This document shows positions 41,994-53,497 of a DNA stretch of 64,000 nucleotides, in pieces (the stretch's first letter is position 1; the number at the start of each line of letters is the position of its first letter). The translations under genes and the position numbers were made by a program. The DNA is taken from positions 8,060,001-8,124,000 of the forward strand of contig JBHGNT010000005.1 in NCBI GenBank assembly GCA_043228905.1, written 5' to 3'. Under the pieces are notes generated by a model. The model saw nothing but the letters and a program-made list of their open reading frames with translations, did not search any database and was not told the DNA's origin. Source of the DNA: Azolla caroliniana (taxonomy: Eukaryota; Plantae; Polypodiophyta).

Positions 41994-44900
41994 TGTTGAG
42001 AGACAAGCTCAACATCGGCCGGTTCGGCTGAAGAAGCCGAGGACCGATCGGTTAGGCCGAGTGCGTAAACCGGGAGGTCGTTAGGAAAGATATTCCGTGA
42101 GGAATATATTTGGGAGTTAGTGTAGGAGCTCTTGATGAGCATTGAAGTACTGTCAGTACTTCGGTCAGTCCTTCTAGCGCTTGTATAAAAGTGTTCACTG
42201 AGCACGTCTTATGTACAGACTGAGTATTATTGTTGAATATAGCTTTTTGTGTCTTCTCTCTCACTCTCTCTGTCTCTCCCGCGTATACCGTGTAAGCTCA
42301 AGCTCTCCATTAAACCTGAGTTTCCTTCCTTCTGTTCGGTCTTCATACTTGCTTTCGCACGTTACTTTCTACATGGTATAAGAGCACGAGGGTTGAGAAC
42401 CTCTCTGCAGCCGACACAGCTTGACGAAGAAGAACGAGAAGAACAATGGATAGAGGCATGGCGAGCTCGCTTCCAACAGAGAAGCTCGACAGAACCAACT
42501 ACGTGTCTTGGTCCTACAAGATGCACCAGTACCTGCTCGAGCACGGCTACTGGAGTTATGTCGAAGGAGCTAATGACGGGACACCCGAATCGACACACAA
42601 AGACTTCCCGTCATGGGAGCAATCGGCGAGCAGGGTATTGTACTGCTTCGCGTCGTGTGTGGGCGAACAACTATTGAGCTATGTTCGGGATGCAAAGATG
42701 CCGAAGGGTGCGTGGGAAAATCTGAAGAAGATCTTCGCCGTGAGCACCACAGCCAGGAAGCTCCAGCTCCGACAGGAGTTGAGCAACCTACGACAACGCG
42801 ACTTGTCGGTGGCGGACTATACCTCGAAGATCAAGGATATCTGCGACTCCCTCGCCTCCATAGAGGTGAACATCGAGGAGAGCGAGATGGTCCAGATCTG
42901 TCTCGGAGGTTTGGCATCGAAGTTCGGAGCGTTCCGAACGGCTGTGTGTATTCGGGAGAATACGCCGTCCTTTTTCGACTTACAGTCGATGCTCCTGGTA
43001 GAGGAGAAACACGCGGGTGCGTCTACAAGCACACACACCGACAGCAGAATGCTGTACACGGAGGGAGATAGGCCCCGTGGACGTAGAGGACGAGGCGAGT
43101 CGGCATGCAATGGAGGCGGCCAACGAGATCAAGGAAGAAGGCACCGAAGTGATGCCGACAGCAACTCCGGACCCTCCGGAAACAGGGGGAGTCGAAGCGA
43201 TGAGAACCGGCAAGGGAAGGCCATCGCGGAGTGCTGGTACTGTGGCAAGAAAGGCCACAGGGAAAGTGAGTGCTGGAAGAAGCGCGCCGATTCGGAGAGA
43301 AACGGCTCCAGACATACCGACAAGGGAAATCGGCAGCAATCGCACTACGTCGAAGACTCCGAGAGAGTCGGAGAAGGGTCTGCCTTCGTGACGAGACACG
43401 AAGCAAACTCAATGAAACAAAGCACCCCAAGATCGGACGAGGTGTGGTACGTAGACTCCGGCGCGTCAAACCACATGACGAGCCATAAGGAGTGGTTCTC
43501 GTACCTTGAAAAACCGATACAACCTGGAGTAGTCGCAACTGGAGACGACACTCCGCATCCGATCGCGAATGTCGGAGAAGTTCCCCTTAGCCATGTCGGA
43601 CAGAAAGGGAAACTCATGAACGTGCTGCACGTTCCGACAATCACAAAAAACTTGGTCTCGGTCGGATAGATCGTCGACCAAGGGATGGAGGTTTGGTTTA
43701 CACACCTCGGGTGCTTCATTGAGGAAGAAGGCCGTGTGATTGCGCAAGGGCGCAGAGACGGGAGGATGTTCATCCTCGACTCCACTGACGGCGGCACCGC
43801 AATAGTCGTGAAGGGAAGAAAAACAGAGTCGGACATTGACTTGTGGCATAAGCGGATAGGCCACATCAACTATCAGCGGCTTCAAGATCTGCAATCGAAA
43901 CAGGTAGTGTTCGGATTGCCCAAATTTAGTGGCCGAAAGGCACAAATTTGTGAAGCCTGCCAGCTCGAGAAGCAACACCGACTTCCTTTCCCAAACGAGC
44001 GAAACCGGAGCCGGAATAAGCTCGACCTTATACACTCCGATGTATGGGGGCCGGCACAAAATGTTAGTCTTGGCGAGAGCCGATATTTCGTCTCCTTCAT
44101 CGACAACCACACGCGGCACACGTGGATCTACCTCCTTGAGAGAAAGAGCGAAGTCTTCGACTATTTCCGTGACCTCAAAGGGTTCGTGGAAACGGAAACA
44201 GGACGAAAGATCAAGTGGTCGGATGGCGGAAAAGAGTACTTTTCCGGTCAATTCAACGGTTATCTACAACAAATGGGAATTCGCCGCGAATTCAGTTGTA
44301 GATACACGCCGGGGCAGAACGGCGTGGCCGAGAGGAAGAATCGGTCAATTGTGGAAGCGGCACGGGCAATGCTGGAGGAGAAGAGCTTGCCCAAGTTCTA
44401 CTGGGCCGAGGCGGTAAGGACTGCGGTATACATCCAGAACCGGATCGGAGACAAAGTGTCAGTGCACGAGCTATATTTCGGAACGAAGCCAAACTTACGA
44501 CACTTGAGGGTGTTTGGTAGTATTGCGTATGTGCATGTACCGAAGGAGAAAAGAAGGAAGCTGGACGCAAAGGTCGAGAAATGCATCTTGGTTGGTTACT
44601 CGGACGAGCAGAAGGGTTATAAGTGCTATAACCCTCACACCAAACAAGCGCGTGTTAGCCGCGACGTTGTGGTTGACGAGTCCGCGTCCTGGTACAAGCC
44701 CCCGACTCCGAACCCCGAGTCCAATCCGTGTTCTGACGATGAGGTCAGCGAAGCCGAGATGCCTCCGGATGAGCCCGAAATCGAGACCCGCGAAGAGAGT
44801 CCGATTTCACTCCGTTTAAGTGGACCGATTGGACGATTGAGTCGGTACGATCAGTCCGATGAAGAGCCGGCGAGTAGTGGAGACCCGGCCGTGCATTCCC

Positions 44901-47351
44901 CGCGCAGGAAGCCGAGGAGACGGCTTACGCGCAAAGAGAAAGGGAAGAAGAAGGTGTCGGATTCCGGCACGGATAAGAACGAGTCAGACCGACGCGAGTC
45001 CGACTCCGAGGGAACCGGTGACGGGACTTTAAAGGTGAAGTCCGCGTCGACCGAGAAGGCCTCGACATCAGCTAATGTGAGATTATGCCGATCTACCCGC
45101 CAGAAGAATCCTGTTTTGCGGTTCGGATACAATGAGTACATGGCGCATCATTATGCGTACATGACCCGTGTAGCGGAAGTGCGTGAGCTGGAGAGCTACG
45201 CAGAAGCGGCTAAAGACGCGAATTGGCGTGCCGCGATGGAGGAAGAGATGCACGCATTGGTGGAGAACGAGACCTGGGACCTGGTTGAGGCACCGAAGGG
45301 GGTAAAACCGATCGGGTGTAGGTGGGTGTACAAGGTCAAGTACAACACTGATGGCTCGGTCAACTGGTACAAGGCTCGGTTAGTGGCAAAGGGCTACACG
45401 CAGAACACGGCATCGACTACGATGAGACGTTTGCGTCGGTCGCGAAAATGACGACCGTCCGTGTTTTGCTCGCAGTAGCCGCGGCCAAGGGGTGACACTT
45501 ACATCAGATGGATGTAAAGAATGCGTTCCTGCAAGGTGACCTTGAGGAACAGGTGTACATGGTATAGCCCCCCGGATTTCACTCTGGAACGAACTCCTCG
45601 GCAGTATGCCGACTAAAGAAGTCCCTTTACGGACTGAAGCAAGCCCCGCGTGCCGGGAACGCGAAGATCACGCAACAACTGCGTCGGATGGGCTTCGTCA
45701 CGTCAAAATCGGACTCTTCCCTGTTCATCCGGAAAGGTTGACTCGGACCGGTTAGTATTTTACTATATGTTGATGACTTGGTCATCACCGGCGCCGACCT
45801 AGGTGAAATCGACCGCGTGAAGCTCCAGCTTGCGGCATCGTTCGACATGAAGGATCTGGGGGACCTTCATTACTTCCTCGAAGGCATATTGATCAGCCAA
45901 CGTCATTACGTGCTGGGTATGCTCTTCAAACTCGGGATGGCCGACTGTAAGTCCGTCTCGACTCCTCTGGACAGAACCATCAAGCTTCGTACGGGAAAGG
46001 TATGCGACCCGAATGAGGTTCCGACAAATTGTCGGAAGCCTCATATACTTGACCATCACCCGACCCGACCACAGTTATCTGGTCGGGGTGATCAGTCAGT
46101 TCATGGCGCGACATGCGAACCCATATGGTTGAAGCGGCTACTTAAGGATCTGCAAGTGGAGGTGTCAGATCCGACGACGATCTACTGCGACAACCTCAGC
46201 AGCATCCAGCTCGCGAAGAACCCCGTTTTCCATGCACGGACCAAGCACATTGAGGTGCACTACCATTTCGTCCGTGAGCGTGTCCTTTCCGGTGAAGTCG
46301 AACTTCAGTACGTGCCGACGGATCAGCAGACTGCCGACATCTTCACAAAGCTGCTTGGTCTGGACAAGTTGTGGCAATTCTTAGGTGCGCTCGGGTTGCG
46401 TCACCTCGATGTGCCGAACTTGAGGGGGAGAACAGTCCCGAATGACCAAGCAAGGTAGCAGGAAAGGAGCGGAGACCGTGACACCGAGTCCGAGTCGGTA
46501 GACTCGGTTGTCGAGTTCGAGTTCGGATCGGCTGAAGAAGCCGAGGGCGGACCCACGGAAAAGTCTGAAAGCGGACAAAAGGGGAGCAGCCGAAGGAGAG
46601 AGCCGATGCCAACCACGCATGGGGGAGATGACACAATCGAGGACGAGAAGACTGAAGACGAGTTGGAGACAGCCAACTCGGACGAGAGCGAAAACCGATT
46701 GGAAGTAGCTGAGTCGGTTCGGATGTTTGATTCAGACACGCTGAATCAACCGAGGCCCAAGCGGAAGAAAAGGCAGCAGGAGAAGCGTCAACACCGCAAC
46801 AGCAGAAGAGCTAAGGGCCGCATGAGCAGACAAGCCGACCGGAAGGGTCGAAGCGCGTGGAGTCGAACAGGTCGAGGAGCGCAAGCGAGGCGTGAAGCCA
46901 GGAGGAACCGGAGCTATGTGCTCGAGGATCCCGAAGAGCCTCAAGTTGAGCTTGAGGGGGAGTGTTGAGAGACAAGCTCAACATCGGCCGGTTCGGCTGA
47001 AGAAGCCGAGGACCGATCGGTTAGGCCGAGTGCGTAAACCGGGAGGTCGTTAGGAAAGATATTCCGTGAGGAATATATTTGGGAGTTAGTGTAGGAGCTC
47101 TTGATGAGCATTGAAGTACTATCAATACTTCGGTCAGTCCTTCTAGGGCTTGTATAAAAGTGTTCACTGAGCACGTCTTATGTACAGACTGAGTATTATT
47201 GTTGAATATAGCTTTGTGTGTCTTCTCTCTCACTCTCTCTGTCTCTCCCGCGTATACCGTGTTCGGTCTTCATACTCAAGCTCTCCATTAAACCTGAGTT
47301 TCCTTCCTTCTGTTCGGTCTTCATACTTGCTTCCGCACGTTACTTTCTACA
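41994..47351 (+). mobile_element. Ty1/Copia LTR retrotransposon (Copia-2), same family as Copia-1, young
   Basis: LTRs 41994-42373 and 46963-47351, differing by about 5 substitutions and one indel by eye. TSD TAAAG/TAAAA. PBS TGGTATAAGAGC at 42374. PPT 46952-46962. Gag-PR ORF 42446-43669, IN-RT ORF 43685-45451. Deletion near 46110 removes the RT end and RNase H start. Confidence 0.95.
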
Positions 47352-47754
47352 TAAAACATATAGTCTATCTATAGAAAAAGCATGGAGTCTATAGTCAGAG
47401 AAAATGCATGGGTTGGAAAAGACTCTCTCATCTCTATATAAGGATGAGGAGCACAATGTAATTGGGTGTGAAATATTTGGGAAATTGGATATATTTCCTA
47501 AAACACCAATTAATATAATCGTGGGATTCACGAAGCTTTATATAATCTATCTCTTCCAATTTATGATAAATTGTTATTAGGATTCTAAATATTAATAAAT
47601 CTAATAATCTATACTTGTGGGATGCACAAGTTTCTATCTCTCTTTCTAATAATCTATACATAACTATAAAATTGTCTCAAATTCTTCCTCCTCCTAGTCC
47701 AAAACCCCAGCGGTTCCCACCCGACTCACGCAACGATCCGGCACCGAAAGGCAC

Positions 47755-47990
47755 GACACCGGAACCGGCCGGTAAGCAAACCGGCGGGCCGGAACCCGGC
47801 CCGTAAGCAAAACTGGAATCGGTTGGTAAGCAAAACCGAAACCGACCGGTAAGCAAAACCGAAACCAATTGGTAAGCAAAACTGGAAACCGGCCTGTAAG
47901 CAAAGTCGAAAACCGGCCGGTAAGCAAAGCCGGAAACCGGCCGATAAGCAAAACCGGAAACCGGTCGGTAAGCAAATCGGAACCGGCGAG
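47755..47990. repeat. ~24-bp GC-rich tandem repeat (CCGGTAAGCAAAACCGGAAA-like)
   Basis: About 9 copies of the GTAAGCAAA core. A related short array lies at ~41570-41650. Confidence 0.85.
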
Positions 47991-48299
47991 GCGGTGGCAA
48001 TCGGCGACCGGACGAGGCTGGACACAAACCGAACGAATGCTAAGATCATGTGGCTAATTAAAGGGAAGTGAAGAAAACTAAAGTAAAAGGTCACACGCAA
48101 CTAAAAGAAAAAGCCATGCAACTAAAAATAGATGCAACTAAAAGAAGAAGCTATGCAACTAAAAGTAGAGGCCATGCAACAAAAAGTGGACATGCATATG
48201 ATCAACGGGGAACTCCATATATATTCCATTTTTTTTCCTATACTCGTACTCTCTCTCTATATTATTTTCCTTTTCCTTCTCAGCTCCTTATCTTATGGA

Positions 48300-48490
48300 A
48301 GCCATAACTCTCATAAACCCTAAATTTCCTTACAGAAGTCATAAACCCTAATTTTCCTTACGGAAGCCATATCTCCCATAAACCCTAATTTCCTTACGGA
48401 AGCCAAAAACCCTAAGTTTCCCTACGGAAGCCATATCTCTCAAACCCCCTAAATTTTCTTTTCTATTAAACTTACTAGTAAACCTAAACT
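48300..48490. repeat. Tandem units containing AAACCCTAA (telo-box)
   Basis: AAACCCTAA.TTTCCTTACGGAAGCC is repeated about four times. Confidence 0.8.
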
Positions 48491-48699
48491 TCTGAATCCC
48501 AATCTTGGGACATATTGTAATTTCTTTTCCTTTGTTAATGGAAATTATTAAATTTCTTATTTCTCTTAATTGTTAAAAGTATAAACACACGAATATGATA
48601 TCCTTTGATCGGAGGCCTCGGGGTCCTGCCTCAAGTTTAGGTATCCTCATCGTATTCTCGCGACAATGCATGTGGGACAATGCATTGCACGTCGAACCC

Positions 48700-50380
48700 A
48701 CGGGTTAGCTCTTTCAATCTTCATCAAGTATGTCCAAAATGCTTTGGTCCAAGGGTTCGAGCAGTTCGTCTTCCGTCATCTGGTGTTGTTGTTCTTGCTA
48801 CTATTGTTGTTGTTGTTGTTGTTTCGGTTGCTGCTGCTCCGTTCTCTATGGCTCCAACTCTATTTCCGGTTGCTTATCCAGCTTTGCCCTTGCATTCTCG
48901 GCTATTGTGGTGTAGAGGTCCTCGGCTCCGTTGGTTTCTCCTCATCACTAATATTGATTTGCTCCGCTTGCTGTTCAGCTTCCATCCAATGTCGATCCCG
49001 CTCATAACCTTCCAACTGTAGTTGCACATTGACTTGATCATCTTCAAGTCTGTCGACGAGGTTTCAGACAACCTCTATTTGAGTTTCGGCTACGGCAAAA
49101 AAATCATTCGACAATTCTTCTTGAATGGTGACAATAATTTCCTCATCCATTTTATAAAAATTGTTGTCGGCCTTCTTCCGATTTACCGCATCCGCTCGGA
49201 GCAGTTGGAGTTCTGCTGCTTGCTTCAACCATTGATTCCATACTACCGCTGAACAATCGTCTATCCTTGTTTCGTCCGGTTCCTCCATGATCCGATGATC
49301 ATCTAGATTCTCTGGATGCCCATTTTTACTTTGTCTTCTATGGCCTCCTTTTCGTTCTTTAGCTGTTTGATGAGGTCTGTCGTTGCCGTTGCTTGTATTT
49401 CATATTCCATTAGCTTGGTTTGGTAGGTCGTTTGCACCCTATCCAACACCATCTTTGCTCGCCCTACCTCTGATAGTGTTGCGACAGGAGATCCATGCAT
49501 TCCTTTGCCGCCTCCTCCAACACCTTTGTCGTTGTCTCAACCATCATCCTTCCTTGGTCCGTTAGCGCCTCCGTTTTCTCTTTCAATTCCGTCTGAGCCT
49601 CTTTGAGCTTCTCCTGCTTCCGGTCATAGTTTGACCCCAACTTCTGGTGGTCCGTCTCCAACTGCTTATGATCCTGGTACAACTTTTTGAAGTCCTCCGT
49701 TTTCTGCTTTAGGCGCTGGTTAACTTGTGATCACAACCGATCATCCCGGTCCTTTTGTTGCCGGATTTCTTCCTTTAGCCGCTCTATCTCCGTCTTCGCC
49801 ATCCGCCAGAGCTTGTCTTTTTCTTGCAGCAGACTGTCCTTCTCCTCCTTTAGCAGGTCATTATTTCCTTGTGTCTTCCGGAGACTTTCTTCGGTCCTCC
49901 GTTTTTCCTCCTCGACTATCTTCCTCAAGTCTCGTTCTCTTTCTCGTAATGCTGCTTGTGCAACCAATTCGTCCTTGAGCATTTGTATTTCCTTCTCCCA
50001 CTGACGCTCGTTTACCGGTGCTGTGCTACCCACCGGTTCTATCTCCTTTGTTGGATCCTTTTATTTTGTTCCTTTCGGTTCAATCGGCTCTATTTCTATA
50101 CTAGTTCCCTGGCCCATGTTAGCCATAATGGCCGCTAATTTCTTGGCTCTTTCCAATTCTTCTTCCAAGCTCCTAATTCAGTTTCGAGCCTCTTCCATAT
50201 GTCTGGTTGATGTGGCATTCGCGCCTGCTCCGTTGGCACAAATCACATTCCTTACAGTACTGTACTGAGTCCTTGAGGGTGGTCGGACACCATAATCCGC
50301 TCCACCATATCTTAAGGGTACTGTAATACTGCGTCCTTCTCGTCGCTCTAGACCGCTCGTCGCCGTACTCCGTCTGGAGC
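48700..50380 (-). pseudogene. Decayed antisense coiled-coil ORF of the Tat-like element
   Basis: ORF pieces ending at 50178, 49731 and 49464 share one frame and continue through 49303-49500 and 49064-49288. E/K/Q/R/L-rich heptad-like sequence. Confidence 0.6.
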
Positions 50381-51829
50381 GTGTCCTCCGGAACATACTC
50401 CTAGGCCAACACATGATGTAACGACCTCCCCTTGTGCTATAAAAGGGGAGGTTTGAACTGTTGTAGAGGACGTTTTTTTTTGGAAGGAGGAAGTGTTGTC
50501 GGTTTGAGATCCAAAACTCTGTTGTTCTCCTTGTCTTGCTCAATATTGATTCAGGGTAGGAAGGTGAGGCCTTTTCTCGCGTAGGAAGCTCCCGACTAGA
50601 GGCTCATCGGTTTCTTGTGTATGTGTTGTTGTTGAGCTCGAAGCTCTGTCGTTGGTCGAGTTCGGTTGTATTCTCTCTCTTGATTCTGCTTTGTAAATCA
50701 TCATTGATTTGTTGTATCCTGGTGTTTTTCGTGTCTTCTGTTCTTGTTGTGTGTTGTTTCTCTTTACGTGCCTCATTTGTTGCATCCGGAAGGTGTTGCT
50801 CCTCTCCTCCTCCGTTCCCTGCATTTTTCTTTCTATGTCGATCAGACATTCATCCCTGGTCTGTCTTTGGGAGGTATCGCTCCCTCCGAGCTTCGTCTTG
50901 TGTGTGTGCTTTTGATCTGGTGAGCCCGTATGCTTATTGAGCCGGATCCCGCGATAGGCCCAGTTCGGTTACGTGCCCGTGTGCCATGCGTTCTTCTCTT
51001 TGGAATCTAGCAACTGATCGGATAATCCGTATACGCTCACCCACTTTTCTCTTTTCATTGGCTCCTAGGTTCAAGGCCCCAGTGGTCCCGCCCCGATCTG
51101 ACACGTACATGCGGAAAACCACGACAACACGCTGAACAAGGTAATGAGGGATTGCCACCCGGACATCACCATGCTGATCAAGGGATGTCTAGAGGATATG
51201 AAGGACGAGACGATCGGGGAGGACGGGTGTCGGAAGCTCGTGGCGGATCACATCTTCGACTGTGAGAAGATAGTGTAGAGGCTTGATGGTGCACGACTTA
51301 CCTTCTCGGGGGAGAAGTCAACATGCAAACAATCGAAGATCTTGGTGGTGGGACACCTATGCGGGTCATATGGTCGGAAACCATTTGTGGCTAAGGTAGA
51401 GTCCATCTCAACAATGAAGGAAGTATGTTGGTCGACCACGGAGGTCCGATGATTCTTAGGACCATGTGCCTTCTACCACATATGGATTCCCCACTATGTG
51501 CATATTACATAACCACTTTACAACTTGCTAAAGAAAGGGTGGAAATTTGAATGGGGAGAAGAGTATACAGAGGCAATGAGAAGGTTAAAAGGGGATGTTG
51601 ACGGCGACCCCGACTCTCCAGAAAGTGGTTTATGGAAAGGAGTCTTTGATATACGTAACGGTCGACAAGAATCCAACCGGAATCGGGTGGGTAATCAACC
51701 AAGAGGACGAAGGTGGGACGAGGTTCGCCATCCGGCTCATGGCAAAGGTTTTGAGTGACCAACAACGAGGATATGCCTAGGTTTAAGCGAGAGCTATGGG
51801 GTATCTTTTCGGCGACGAAATTTGGTGAC

Positions 51830-53010
51830 GGTGTGTAAGACAAGACGAGAAGGACGCGGTATTATGAAAGGCTCACTGCGGCACAATAGGGGGACACTAC
51901 GCAGGGGATGTAACTGCCCGGAAGATATGGCAAGGAGGATTGTGGTAGCCAACAACACAAAAGGATGCTTATGCATATTGCAAAGAATGCGACCTCTGTC
52001 AGCGAATGGGCCAATCAACAGAGCTAGCACGGATGCCCCATCAGCTAGTAATACTGCTCGAGCCATTCTAGAAATGGGGTCTCGACTTCGTTAGACCCTT
52101 TACTCTAGTCGCGGCTCGAACAGGAAATAAATATATCCTAGTTTCCACTGGCTATTGTACAAAATGGGTGGAAGCCAAAGCGCTACGCAACAACACCACG
52201 ACTTCCATGACCAAATTCTCATACGAGCACATTTGGTGCCATTTCGGTTGCCCTATTGAGCTTATCAGCAATGAAGGAAGTCATTTCTAAATACAGTCAT
52301 CCACGATCTCACCGAACATTACGCCGTAGTTCATAAGAAAAGCACACCGTATTATCCACAAGCTAATGGACTTGCGGAATCGACAAATAAAACACTCTAG
52401 AATATCTTGAAAAAGATTGTCAACGACAACCACACGGATTGGGACACGAAGCTGCAGAGCGCCCTATGGGCATACCACACCAACTTCAAAAGCAACATCC
52501 AATCAACGCCATTTCGGCCGGCGTTCGGACTTGAGGCCGTAATGCCTGTGGAGTTTTAGGTAGCAAGTTTACGCATAGAGGTTCGCGAACGACTTTCAGA
52601 AAGAAACTCCAAGCAAACCCACTTACAACAACTACTCGAACTAGGATAAGCCAGAGTCCATAGCATGGCGATTTTGGAACACGAGCAACGACGGCAGAAG
52701 GAATTCGTGGATCGGCACCGTGGTGCCAACGAGAAGTACTTTAAGATTGGGAAAGCGGTCCTAGTATTCCAAACTCGCATGGGACAAATGCCAGGAAAAC
52801 TGCGTTTCCGATGGACTCGACCGTACTGGATAGTAGGAGTTGAACACGGAACATTTGAATTGGGCACCCTTCCGTGAGAAGTGCTACGCCAGAAGGTCAA
52901 TGGTTTCCGACTAAAGTCATATTGGGGACCCACCCCGCCCAACCCTTTTCGCGCCAATACAGACAATCAAGCCACTTGCTCGACGGAGGCAGAGCGGAAC
53001 GACCACTAAA
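51830..53010 (+). pseudogene. Degenerate Gypsy integrase (Athila/Tat-type), distinct from element A
   Basis: KWGLDFV.PF, TKWVEAKAL, FGCPIELIS, PYYPQANGLAESTNKTL, GKLRFRWTRPY, VNGFRLK.Y. Several stops. Confidence 0.8.
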
Positions 53011-53074
53011 TGGGGCCCACTTGCAAACATGTAACATTAATGTACTATAAGGCCAGCCATAACCGTTAGGGCTG

Positions 53075-53485
53075 AAAACAAGAAGATTTCGGAAAGGAGA
53101 GGAATGTCGGCAATCGCGACAAGTGAAGAAGAACTGCTCCTAATCACCGAGGAGAGTGACCAACATCTTATCAGTGACAAAACAACATCTCACGTGTCAT
53201 TCCATTTGACCCTTGATCAAAAGTGCTTCTCATCGTACAGAGCCAGAGATCACAGTTCTGTCTGGAGCGGAAATAAAGGTGCATGCCGAATTATCGGCAT
53301 AGGAGACATGTGGTTGACGACATCAACTAGGTGCAAATTGCTGTTGAAAGATGTTCGACATGTTTCAGAGGTTCGGTTGAACTTGATATCAGTTGGTCAG
53401 CTAGATGATGAAGGCTACACGGGTAGCATCCGGAACAGAGTCATGAAGTTTTGCAGAGGAAGCTTGATCGTGGCATGAGCCCGTA
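53075..53485 (+). pseudogene. Copia protease-region fragment homologous to Copia-3
   Basis: ATSEEELLLITEES...LLKDVRHVSEVRLNLISVGQLDDEGYTGSIRN aligns with ~61690-62080. Confidence 0.85.
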
Positions 53486-53497
53486 ACCTCTTTCCGG

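Larger units (their letters stand above)
41318..48665 (+). mobile_element. Composite AT-rich LTR sequence of the tRNA-Trp Gypsy family, inserted in the Tat-like PBS
   Basis: Termini TGTCGTG...TCGCGACA, with 4-bp flanks ACGT/ATGC. Shares layout and the CCCCAGCGGTTCC motif with the LTR at 54380-55450. Interrupted by Copia-2. Confidence 0.7.
40836..50411 (+). mobile_element. Non-autonomous tRNA-Arg-primed (Tat-like) LTR element with an antisense ORF remnant
   Basis: TSD CATGA (40831-40835 and 50412-50416). 5' LTR 40836-41307. Its end GAACATACTCCTAGGCCAACA recurs ending at 50411. The PBS (TGGCACG...TGTGGGAC) is split by the 41318-48665 insertion and resembles the PBS at 28607. Confidence 0.8.
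40608..51126 (+). mobile_element. Solo LTR of the tRNA-Trp Gypsy family (40608-40835 + 50417-51126), split by a Tat-like element
   Basis: Begins TGTTGTGGGGAATTCCAGC, matching the 38205 terminus. Continues TGTAACGACC...CTATAAAAGGGG and ends CCACGACA. Interrupts the element A RT. Confidence 0.8.
34975..51830 (+). mobile_element. Gypsy element A of the tRNA-Trp family, degenerate, host of a nested stack
   Basis: 5'-truncated LTR ending CCGTGACA at 35797. PBS TGGTGAATCTGATGTGAA at 35802. Gag from ~35870, protease region (VLIDH) ~37280 and 38206-38490. RT breaks at 40607 (NSVAHIVNA) and resumes at ~51130 (NKVMRDC..DITM), then RNase H to ~51830. Homologous to the intact pol at 56584-60066. Confidence 0.85.

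Noticed and set aside
46456-46464. TAG-CAG as a programmed readthrough into an env-like ORF
   Set aside because: The context TAG CAG GAA does not fit CAR-YYA. The aligned Copia-1 codon is GAG, and the extension has no hydrophobic transmembrane segment.
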